A DNA stretch of 64,000 nucleotides. It comes from Candidatus Sungiibacteriota bacterium (GTDB taxonomy: Bacteria; Patescibacteriota; Minisyncoccia; Sungbacterales; SURF-37). Below, one piece after another: positions 56,256 to 64,000 of the stretch. The stretch covers positions 345 through 64,344 of the forward strand of contig JACPMF010000004.1 of NCBI GenBank assembly GCA_016186145.1, written 5' to 3'. The notes under the pieces were generated by a model. The model saw only the letters and a list, made by a program, of their open reading frames with translations, was not told the DNA's origin and ran no database searches. Each line of letters begins with the position of its first letter. Within the stretch, counting starts at the first letter, position 1. The translations under genes and the position numbers were made by a program.

Positions 56256-58070
56256 CTAATCCTTCACCAACTTTTCAAATTCTTCCCGCTCAATGGTTTC
56301 TTTCTCAATAAGAATTTTTGCAATTTGTTCAAACTTCCCACGGCGTCTTATCAAAATTTCTTTTGCGCGACGGTTTGCGGCGTCCACCAGTTTTTTAACT
56401 TCCTGGTCAATAAGCCGCGCTGTCTCTTCGGAATATTGACGACCGGTGGAAAAATCTCGGCCAAGAAAAACCGCCTCCTCCTTTTCACTCCAAACGCTTG
56501 GGCCTAATTTTTCCGACATACCAAACCGCGCGACAACGCTTCTCGCAATATCTGTTGCTTTTTCAAGATCATTGTGCGGTCCGGTGGTAACTTCATTAAA
56601 TATCAACTTCTCAGCGGCATATCCACCGAGAGCTACCGCCAACTCATCTAAAAACTGTGAATAAGAAAACAAATGGCGCTCCTCTATCGGAATCTTTAAC
56701 GTGTAGCCGCCGGCGCGTCCACGGGACACAATAGTAATTTTATGAACGGGATCTGCGTGCTCAACCGAGGCCGCAACCAGAGCATGCCCGGCTTCGTGGT
56801 AAGCCGTTATTTTTTTCTCCTCGACGGTCAGAAGACGCGACTTTCGTTCCGGTCCTAACATTACTTTCTCTATAGACTTTATAAGATCGATCTGCGAAAC
56901 CTTTTTCCGATTTTCGCGCGCGGCAAGAATCGCCGCCTCGTTCATAAGATTCTCAAGGTCCGCGCCGGAAAAACCAGGCGTGCGCTCGGCAATCACCCGT
57001 AGTCGCACATCATCCGTAAGCGGCTTATTCCGGCCGTGGATATGAAGAATTTCCTCCCGGCCATTAATATCCGGCAAATCCATCACCACCCTCCGGTCAA
57101 ACCTGCCGGGCCGCAAAAGCGCGGGATCCAAAACATCGGGTCGGTTGGTCGCGGCAATGACAATAACGCGATCGTCCGTTTCCATGCCGTCCATTTCAAC
57201 GAGAATTTGATTGAGCGTCTGCTCTCTCTCGTCATGTCCACCGCCAAGCCCGGCCCCACGCACCCTTCCTACCGCATCAAGCTCATCGACAAAAATTATC
57301 GCCGGCGCGGCTTTTTTGGCAAGACGAAAGAGGTCCCTGACTCTCGAAGCCCCTACCCCGACAAACATTTCAATAAATTCCGAAGCCGACATGTGAAAAA
57401 ACGGAACGCCGGCCTCGCCCGAAACCGCTTTTGCAAGAAGCGTTTTCCCGCATCCTGGCGGCCCCATTAACAAAACTCCTTTTGGAATTTTTGCGCCGAT
57501 ATCCAAAAACTTCTTGGGGTTCTTCAAAAAATCAACAACTTCTTTCAGCTCTTCTTTCGCCTCTTCCGCTCCCGCGACATCTTTGAAGGTAACCTGCTCT
57601 TTCTGGCCGGGCGAAATAAGCCGCGCCCGCGACTGGCCGAAGGTAAATGCCTGCATAGAGCCGCGCTGAACCTGGCGCGCCGTCCACCAGATAAAAAACC
57701 CGATCAACAAAATCGGTAAAAGAATCGGCAACAAAGCGCCGAGCCAAAACGAAATCCCGCCTTCGGTTTTCACTTCTATCGTAATCTCCCGAAGGCGTTC
57801 TTCCGAAACCCCGTAATCCCGCAGAATTTCAATCAAGCCGACCCCGGTTTCTTTTCGTGAAGTAACAATAACGCCGTCTTTTCGCAATGCCTCGAGCTGG
57901 CTTTCTGCAATGGTAATTTTTTGGAGTTCGCCTTGATTAACCGCGCTCACCAATTCAGAAAGCGAAACTTCTTTCTTCTCTTGCAGTGATTCGGTTATAA
58001 GGGCGTAAACCCCTGAAACCAAAACAAGAATGATAAGGGCGTAAATAATATGTTTGGAAAAATCGCGCAT
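56256..58070 (-). CDS. ftsH: ATP-dependent zinc metalloprotease FtsH
   Basis: Two [45 protein letters not shown]. Confidence 0.98.
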   Translation of the reverse strand: MRDFSKHIIYALIILVLVSGVYALITESLQEKKEVSLSELVSAVNQGELQKITIAESQLEALRKDGVIVTSRKETGVGLIEILRDYGVSEERLREITIEVKTEGGISFWLGALLPILLPILLIGFFIWWTARQVQRGSMQAFTFGQSRARLISPGQKEQVTFKDVAGAEEAKEELKEVVDFLKNPKKFLDIGAKIPKGVLLMGPPGCGKTLLAKAVSGEAGVPFFHMSASEFIEMFVGVGASRVRDLFRLAKKAAPAIIFVDELDAVGRVRGAGLGGGHDEREQTLNQILVEMDGMETDDRVIVIAATNRPDVLDPALLRPGRFDRRVVMDLPDINGREEILHIHGRNKPLTDDVRLRVIAERTPGFSGADLENLMNEAAILAARENRKKVSQIDLIKSIEKVMLGPERKSRLLTVEEKKITAYHEAGHALVAASVEHADPVHKITIVSRGRAGGYTLKIPIEERHLFSYSQFLDELAVALGGYAAEKLIFNEVTTGPHNDLEKATDIARSVVARFGMSEKLGPSVWSEKEEAVFLGRDFSTGRQYSEETARLIDQEVKKLVDAANRRAKEILIRRRGKFEQIAKILIEKETIEREEFEKLVKD

Positions 58071-58234
58071 AATTAAAATCGTACTATATTTTCGTCACGC
58101 ATTCAAGAGGGCGACTCTTCTCCTGCAAAACGAAGGCCGATCAATAAAACGGAGATCGATCAATTCTCTCATTTCTCTCATCCCCGCCAAATAAAACCTA
58201 TCGGTTTTATTTGGCGGAAAAGGCAAAACCCGTA

Positions 58235-58813
58235 TTACCAGACTCTGAAATGACGGCGGATGGCAACCTCCCCATTCCCGAGTGACGAGGTTTCGAAAAA
58301 GCAAACATGGCGATTAATATCTAAAAATTGAACAAGAAAATCAATTTCATCCTCACAGGGGTAGGGGTACGCGAAAACGCTTTTTTGTAAACCGAATAGC
58401 CCCAAATCTTTGAGCCGGTCGCTAAAAATTCTCCTCTCCTTCTTCTTATTTTCCGGGATGTCGAAAATGACCACCCGCCACTTCTTATCCCACCGCCGCG
58501 GTTTTTCCGGTAACCGCAACGCATCAAATTCAAATTTACGCAGTTTCTTCCGACCGCTTTCCGTAATTACAATATATGTTTCATTTCCGCGTTGTTCGTA
58601 TTCCACATATCTTCTCTTCCGTAGACGCTCAATACCCCTTTGGAGCTGCCATTGCCCGTATTCGCGACGCAATCGCGCCGGATCACTCCGAAGAATCGGC
58701 GCAAGCAATATTCCCATATTCGGCGCCACCAACATTGATGCCACAACCGCACCGCCGCCGACAATCTTCAAAATATCCAGCGCAATAGATCCGTAATGAA
58801 TATCTCTCCCCAT
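58235..58813 (-). CDS. PaaX-like wHTH + Cas2-like domain protein (CPR type)
   Basis: ITESGRK..WDKKWRVVIFDIPE..K.ER..F...LK.LG...LQKSVF. Confidence 0.8.
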   Translation of the reverse strand: MGRDIHYGSIALDILKIVGGGAVVASMLVAPNMGILLAPILRSDPARLRREYGQWQLQRGIERLRKRRYVEYEQRGNETYIVITESGRKKLRKFEFDALRLPEKPRRWDKKWRVVIFDIPENKKKERRIFSDRLKDLGLFGLQKSVFAYPYPCEDEIDFLVQFLDINRHVCFFETSSLGNGEVAIRRHFRVW

Positions 58814-59064
58814 ACAAAACGAACCTATCAAACACTTTCTATCGTGTCAAATAAGTCCTATAGGATCTATTTGGCGGATGTGAAAGTTCGAAAAAAACGG
58901 AGCTCTTTCGACGGAGTTCTTGCGGAGGAAATTAAAAAACGGGCTCTGGCGAATCGCTCGATAGCGATCACCAGAACCCGCGCTTGTCCTCCGAAGCGCC
59001 TGTGCGCGTAGGAGGATGTTACTTGCCCGCCCCGCTTAGAAGCGGGACGGGGCTAATTGTTGAA

Positions 59065-60405
59065 CTACTCGTCGTCCTGGCGGCTCGAATCGCCGCGGCG
59101 ACCGCGACCACCCTTGCCACCCTTGCGACCCTTGGCCTGGCGGGGTCCCCGGTCCTCGTCGGACCGGTGGTAGCGCGGCGTCTGCGGCTTGAACTGCCGC
59201 TGGTCGCCGGCCGGGGTCTGCGACTGGAACTTCCAGCCGCCGGCCTTCCGGAAGAGAACCATCAGGAAGACCATCGGCCTCCCGTCTTCCATGGCCTGCA
59301 TGCCGTCGAAGCTGTACTTGAGCTTCCACTGGAAGAGCGTTGCGGCTCGCGCCTCACGCTCCTCTGTCGCCGGCTTCGCAGTGAACCGGGCGAGCCCAGG
59401 CCACACCGAGCCCACCGCGCCGAGGAGCTCGCCCTTGGCGATCCCCTGGCCGTCCACGCCGTGGTACCGAACCCACCCGGTGCCCTCGAGCTGATAGCCC
59501 GACCGCGTGTCTTTGAAGTCTTGCTCACGCTTGAGCACGAACTCCACGACATCACCGATGTTGAGCTGGCCGGCGTCCAGATCGGCGAGCGTCTTGCCCT
59601 CGACGGGCTTGAACTGCTCGCGGTACTTCGCGAGAAGCGCTTCGCTCGCCTCACGCTTCTCAGCGTAAGTCTCCTTGGTCACCCTCTGATGCGTGACCCA
59701 CGCGCCGATCAGCGTATCCGCGACCTTCGGGTCATACCCTTCGGGCTTCGGCTCGTCCTTCCCGAAGTACCTCTTCGCGAAGTGCCGATAGGCTCTGGTG
59801 TTGCCGACGACCGGCAACGACCAGATCGTCTGCGGCTTCGCGGGCGGCCGCGGGGCATCCGGGATGTCCGCCTCTTCGTCGCCCTTCTCGACGACGGCGC
59901 CGTACATGGCGTCGTAGTCGGCCTTCTCGGCCTCGTACTTCACCATCTTCGGCTTCCATTCGTCCCAGGCCGTGCGATTGGCCTGCTTTTCCGCATCGTC
60001 CACCCCACGCATGATGCCGCGGGCGATGAGGTCGTCGATGACCTCGTGCGCCTCGGGCAAGGTGTAGAGCCCGGCGATGAACGCCGAGTACACCTCCGGA
60101 AGCGAACGGATCTTGGCCATCACGACGGCGATCTGCTCGCGGAACGACACCGCTGCGGCATCGTCGTGCTTCTTCTCGGCCTCGCGGAGGCCGTTCTTCC
60201 TCTCGGCAAGAGCCGTGAGGAACTTTTCCGTCAGCGCATCCCGCTTGACTTCGTCAGCGAGGACGCGCTTCACCGGCGCCGGCTTCGGCGTTCCGGTGGT
60301 CACCTGCTGGGCCGCTGGCCGCGGCCTCTCCACGATCGCGATCGTCGGCAGTGCGACGACCGCTTCGAACGCCTTCTCGATCTCCTTCAGGTCCATCAGG
60401 TCCAT
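59065..60405 (-). CDS. hypothetical protein (GC-rich)
   Basis: 446 aa, AGGAGG SD, strong G/C third-position bias, basic C-terminal tail. Confidence 0.75.
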   Translation of the reverse strand: MDLMDLKEIEKAFEAVVALPTIAIVERPRPAAQQVTTGTPKPAPVKRVLADEVKRDALTEKFLTALAERKNGLREAEKKHDDAAAVSFREQIAVVMAKIRSLPEVYSAFIAGLYTLPEAHEVIDDLIARGIMRGVDDAEKQANRTAWDEWKPKMVKYEAEKADYDAMYGAVVEKGDEEADIPDAPRPPAKPQTIWSLPVVGNTRAYRHFAKRYFGKDEPKPEGYDPKVADTLIGAWVTHQRVTKETYAEKREASEALLAKYREQFKPVEGKTLADLDAGQLNIGDVVEFVLKREQDFKDTRSGYQLEGTGWVRYHGVDGQGIAKGELLGAVGSVWPGLARFTAKPATEEREARAATLFQWKLKYSFDGMQAMEDGRPMVFLMVLFRKAGGWKFQSQTPAGDQRQFKPQTPRYHRSDEDRGPRQAKGRKGGKGGRGRRGDSSRQDDE

Positions 60406-60447
60406 CTTTCCCCTCCTGGGAATGGCGCATTGCTACGCCGGTTATGT

Positions 60448-61044
60448 TTAGGTTTCAGCCAAGAGAGCGCGAATTTCTTCGGCACCCCGCTCGGCTCTCA
60501 TCAAAAGCTCGCTCTTCCCCCCTTTCGGTTCTTCCGACACGCAATCACCGTTTGACCGGCAATGCGCATCGAGTTTTTCGATTTCCTCTTCGGACAACCT
60601 GTAAGCGCCCTTCCCAAGAGGAAAGAGCACCAGCTCTTCCGCCCAGCACTCCGCAAACCTCCCGTTGTTGATAAAAAGCGTTGCCTTGCCGAGCTGGTCA
60701 ACTTCCCACACCCCGACAATGCGTTGCCAGTCGCTATCAAAAAAAACTGCGTGTTCGCCAATCGGAGATCGTGAAGAACCGACTATATCCTTTGCCTTGT
60801 AAGCAGAAGAAGGTACGAAAAAGTTCTCACCGACGAAACCGAGGACCTGCTCGTTCGGAACATCCTCGTCCGAATAACCTCTCGGGCCGAGAAACCGAAC
60901 CTTGACGGACTCGCCGCCGTTGTCATCAGAAAAAAGAAGGAATCCAAACCTTCGTCCTTCCACTCCCTTGGTTGCCGTTCCGCAATGCGCGCAAACCTCG
61001 TCGGCTGGCACGCGGACGGCGACCCGCTTCAGTCCGTGAACCAT
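60448..61044 (-). CDS. hypothetical protein
   Basis: 198 aa with CAHC motif; SD-like sequence upstream. Confidence 0.6.
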   Translation of the reverse strand: MVHGLKRVAVRVPADEVCAHCGTATKGVEGRRFGFLLFSDDNGGESVKVRFLGPRGYSDEDVPNEQVLGFVGENFFVPSSAYKAKDIVGSSRSPIGEHAVFFDSDWQRIVGVWEVDQLGKATLFINNGRFAECWAEELVLFPLGKGAYRLSEEEIEKLDAHCRSNGDCVSEEPKGGKSELLMRAERGAEEIRALLAET

Positions 61045-61293
61045 CGCATAACCACCATCCTTTCTTTGATGTAGTCTCGATTTTTAAGGATCAACTCGGG
61101 TTGTTACCCCGAAATAACAAACCTTGATTACTTATTTTCGGCTCCAGATCTGTTATTTCAGAATACTTGCCTACATTATATCATTTCTGTATAACTTGTC
61201 AACCCCACTAAAGAAACGCTAAAAAACCAGCTATTGCTGAACTTAATAGCTGCGGCAAAATAAGCCGCTTTACCCCTTTTCGGCTTTTAGTCT

Positions 61294-61890
61294 TTAACGG
61301 GCCAAATAGTTATGAGCTATCCCGAATTCACTAAGACGATGTGCAAGAAGGTCGAGCGGCAAGCCCAGCACATTAAAATAGTCCCCTTGAATACGGTCAA
61401 CAAAAAGACCCGCCAAACCCTGTACCGTGTAACCGCCGGCCTTGCCGAACGGCTCCTGTGACTTAACGTATGCGTCTATTTCTGCGTCGGAAATCGGTTT
61501 AAAAGAGACGAACGTTTCAACGGCATCCACGACAAATTGGTGCGTATCGGCATCATACAAAGAAAGACCGGTTATGACGCTGTGCGTGTCGCCGTTCAGC
61601 TTCTTTAGCATTTCTTTGGCATGCGCCGCGCTTTGGGGCTTGCCAAAAATCTCGCCATTATGAAACACAACGGTGTCTGCGCCGACAACAAGAGAACCCG
61701 AAAACCTCTCGGCAACGCCCTTTGCTTTTGCGAGCGCCAGGGTCTTCACTAATTTCTCCGGGTCCCCGATTTCAACTGCCCGCTCGTCAAAATCGCTCGG
61801 TTGAACGATAAACTCAAAACCGAACTTTTTAAAAAGTTCCTGGCGTTGAAGTGACGACGATGCAAGTATGATTTTTTTACTAATCGGCAT
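61294..61890 (-). CDS. maf: Maf family nucleoside triphosphate pyrophosphatase
   Basis: IILASSS..R, LALAKA, GADTVV...IFGKP, KAGGY.VQG, GDYFNVLGLP; start trimmed to ATG 61890. Confidence 0.95.
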   Translation of the reverse strand: MPISKKIILASSSLQRQELFKKFGFEFIVQPSDFDERAVEIGDPEKLVKTLALAKAKGVAERFSGSLVVGADTVVFHNGEIFGKPQSAAHAKEMLKKLNGDTHSVITGLSLYDADTHQFVVDAVETFVSFKPISDAEIDAYVKSQEPFGKAGGYTVQGLAGLFVDRIQGDYFNVLGLPLDLLAHRLSEFGIAHNYLAR

Positions 61891-62025
61891 ACTTAATAGT
61901 TTAACAAAAATCTTGGTGCTGTAATTATACACTTCGCGCGAACCTTTTTTGAGAAGAACTGACCGCCTCCGCTTCGCTCCGACGGAACGCTCGGGCGCGG
62001 CGGAATTCCCCCCACACCCCCCTTC

Positions 62026-62066
62026 CGCCGCGCCTTCGCGGGAAGCCACAATTTTTTCGCCGCCAA
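62026..62066. repeat. left inverted repeat of XRE/kinase-PP-loop cassette
   Basis: 41-bp exact reverse complement of 63960-64000. Confidence 0.9.
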
Positions 62067-62067
62067 A

Positions 62068-63681
62068 TCAAATAATTTTAGCTTCTCTCAAAACCTGTCT
62101 AACGCTTTTATTACAGTTATGAATTTTCTCCAAAGCCAGCTTTGCTTGTTTCTTGCTGATAAAGCCCACCGTAACTTCGCGCGCTAGACGCGTAGCGTCT
62201 GGATGAAAACCGAGCATTCGTCTTGCTTTATTTTCTGCCGCTTTCGCAAAAAGACAAGAGTTCGCATTTGATTCAATCAACCTTTCGCCTCGTGGAATTT
62301 TCCACCCCAATTTCCTTAAAATCTTCTCCGTATCTTTAATTGTTCTTTGCAAAAGAAAGGGCAGGTGAACGATATAGACAGGCGGCTTGTTTTTGAATGG
62401 TTGTAATTTCCGAGTTGCCGAAAAAACAAACTTTTTTGACTCACCATCTTGGCTTAATCCAGCCCATTCGTTAATACCTAAAATAATCACACCAACACCA
62501 TGTTTTTGCGCCTCTCCGTAGTATGAACGAATAACAAGCCGCCTGCATAATTGGCAAGTTCTTATAAATGGAATTTTGTGCTGACATTTTGCCGAATAGT
62601 GCCTCCTGCCCTCCACATACCATTTTCTAAATTTTTCTTTTAACTCTAGCGAATCACGTTCATCGTATAAGTCAGCCGTTTTTTCGAAACAAATACGATC
62701 AACTGGTCGCATATATTTTCTCGCATCGATTTTTTCGTAATCAACATCAAGCTGTTTTGCTACTTGTTTTGCCCTCTGAAAAATATGTTTTGGGTAATAG
62801 CGTGTATCAAGTGAAAAAGCCAAAGGCGTAAATCCCATACGTTTAGCTTCATGGAGAGTGGCAGTGCTGTCTTTGCCGCCAGATATACCAACCATTGCAT
62901 CGTATTTGCCACGACCAGAACTCCTAAGCGAAAGTAGAAATTCTAACTCTTTTCTCAAATGTTCTTTGCTAAAGTTTTTTTCGTATCTTTCACAAACATC
63001 ACATAAACCGGATTTCTCTATCGTGCTAGACATATTAGTGCTGACATTTACGCATTTCTTGCACTCTACCGCTTCAACCAATGCTTTGATTTGATTAACG
63101 ATTTCTTTCTTGATTGTAACAGCCGTGTTGAAAGAAATATGAGCGATTTTTTCTACTTTATTTGTCGAAAAAAGACGCTCCTCAATTTGCCGTTCTTTTT
63201 CTGCTTCTTTTTGTGAGAAACTTTCTCGCTTGGAGACACGCACCGAAAGATGTTTGTCGGGAGTTTTCAAATAAACAACAAGGTAGCCATTCTTTTTGAA
63301 ATGAGTTGAATTTTTATAACCCCTGATTCCTGCGATTACAATAAACTTTTTAGAAAATGTTTTTTGATGAATATGAATTATTGTTTTCGCAATAACCGAC
63401 GAGGAATAACGGTTTTTGAGATGAGAGAAAAAATTGCGAGCTTCCTCGCGATCAATTTTCTGTTTAATCTTTTTCCCGTAGAGTTTATTTATTTGTTGGA
63501 TAAAACCACTTTCATTTTCTGACAACTTTTCCTTAATGGAAGCGGCGGGGTTTATAACCGTATTAAACGCCTCGATATATTTTGCATCAAGAAAAGAAGC
63601 CAAGAACAATTTGGCTATGGTTGTCTTGCCGCTTCCGGGGGCTCCAAAAACCGCTATTCCTTTGTATTTTCTTTTTATCAT
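62068..63681 (-). CDS. fusion of NMP-kinase-like P-loop domain and PP-loop (N-type ATP pyrophosphatase) domain
   Basis: GAPGSGKTT...IAGIRG...RV.KRE; then CKKC..GLCDVC..YDAMVGISGGKDS..CQLC. Confidence 0.8.
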   Translation of the reverse strand: MIKRKYKGIAVFGAPGSGKTTIAKLFLASFLDAKYIEAFNTVINPAASIKEKLSENESGFIQQINKLYGKKIKQKIDREEARNFFSHLKNRYSSSVIAKTIIHIHQKTFSKKFIVIAGIRGYKNSTHFKKNGYLVVYLKTPDKHLSVRVSKRESFSQKEAEKERQIEERLFSTNKVEKIAHISFNTAVTIKKEIVNQIKALVEAVECKKCVNVSTNMSSTIEKSGLCDVCERYEKNFSKEHLRKELEFLLSLRSSGRGKYDAMVGISGGKDSTATLHEAKRMGFTPLAFSLDTRYYPKHIFQRAKQVAKQLDVDYEKIDARKYMRPVDRICFEKTADLYDERDSLELKEKFRKWYVEGRRHYSAKCQHKIPFIRTCQLCRRLVIRSYYGEAQKHGVGVIILGINEWAGLSQDGESKKFVFSATRKLQPFKNKPPVYIVHLPFLLQRTIKDTEKILRKLGWKIPRGERLIESNANSCLFAKAAENKARRMLGFHPDATRLAREVTVGFISKKQAKLALEKIHNCNKSVRQVLREAKII

Positions 63682-63896
63682 ACGAAAAAATCTAGACTTT
63701 TCTTGTAGAGTCGCGCAAAAGCCTTAAGTTCTACAACATCAACTCTACGCTCTCCACGCTCGATTTTTGAAATATATGATTGAGGCTTGCCTAGCTTTTG
63801 CGCGACGTCTTCTTGTCTCAAACCAGCGTTTTCTCGCGCTTTTCGTAGGTTTTCCACAACCTTTTTGTATTCTGCTCCGTAAATACTCTTTGGCAT
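63678..63896 (-). CDS. XRE family HTH regulator
   Basis: LRKARENAGLRQEDVAQKLGKPQSYISKIERGERRVDVVEL. Confidence 0.9.
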   Translation of the reverse strand: MPKSIYGAEYKKVVENLRKARENAGLRQEDVAQKLGKPQSYISKIERGERRVDVVELKAFARLYKKSLDFFV

Positions 63897-63959
63897 ATTG
63901 AATATATCATAGTATCCTATTGTGGTATATACCAAAACGGGTTATGCTTATTTTATGAA

Positions 63960-64000
63960 TTGGCGGCGAAAAAATTGTGGCTTCCCGCGAAGGCGCGGCG
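63960..64000. repeat. right inverted repeat of XRE/kinase-PP-loop cassette (cut by window edge)
   Basis: TTGGCGGCGAAAAAATTGTGGCTTCCCGCGAAGGCGCGGCG. Confidence 0.9.

Noticed and set aside
58235-58813. Cas2-like motif suggesting a CRISPR-Cas locus
   Set aside because: No cas1 or other cas genes and no repeat-spacer array in the window; the architecture fits the stand-alone PaaX-like family common in CPR.
58984-60555. 523-aa plus-strand ORF
   Set aside because: Antisense shadow of the GC-rich 446-aa gene; Leu/Arg/Val-rich composition typical of reverse frames and no SD.

Overview
A 64-kb chromosomal segment that looks like a Patescibacteria (CPR, probably Parcubacteria-type) genome using standard code 11. 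This is inferred from the tandem TrbC/VirB2-like pilins, a PaaX/Cas2-like ORF, tRNA-linked GIY-YIG and LAGLIDADG-like ORFs, and tRNA-Ile(UAU). Core genes are dprA, topA, relA/spoT, parB, rpmG, gyrA, rpsA, htrA, ftsH and maf. Accessory modules are a MoxR/DUF58/Bat operon, a queuosine-salvage gene, hicBA, a thiol/metal cluster and a PrkA-YeaH-SpoVR-PrkA cluster. The most striking signals are: (1) two nested tRNA loci, where an intact tRNA-Ile(UAU) or tRNA-Val(GAC) sits between hairpin arms inside the anticodon loop of a different-sequence tRNA with the same anticodon; (2) a family of six short TCCCGTTAGA...TCTAACGGGA elements with 4-bp TTCA-type target duplications and unrelated internal cargo, four at ATGAA start codons and one carrying the nested tRNA-Val; (3) an AT-rich XRE-DGQHR-HEPN-like-N6A MTase-GIY-YIG operon bounded by about 210-bp inverted repeats next to tRNA-Ala, a candidate undescribed defence system; (4) a second IR-bounded XRE cassette with a kinase/PP-loop fusion. 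All protein calls come from motif recognition by eye; no database search was run.
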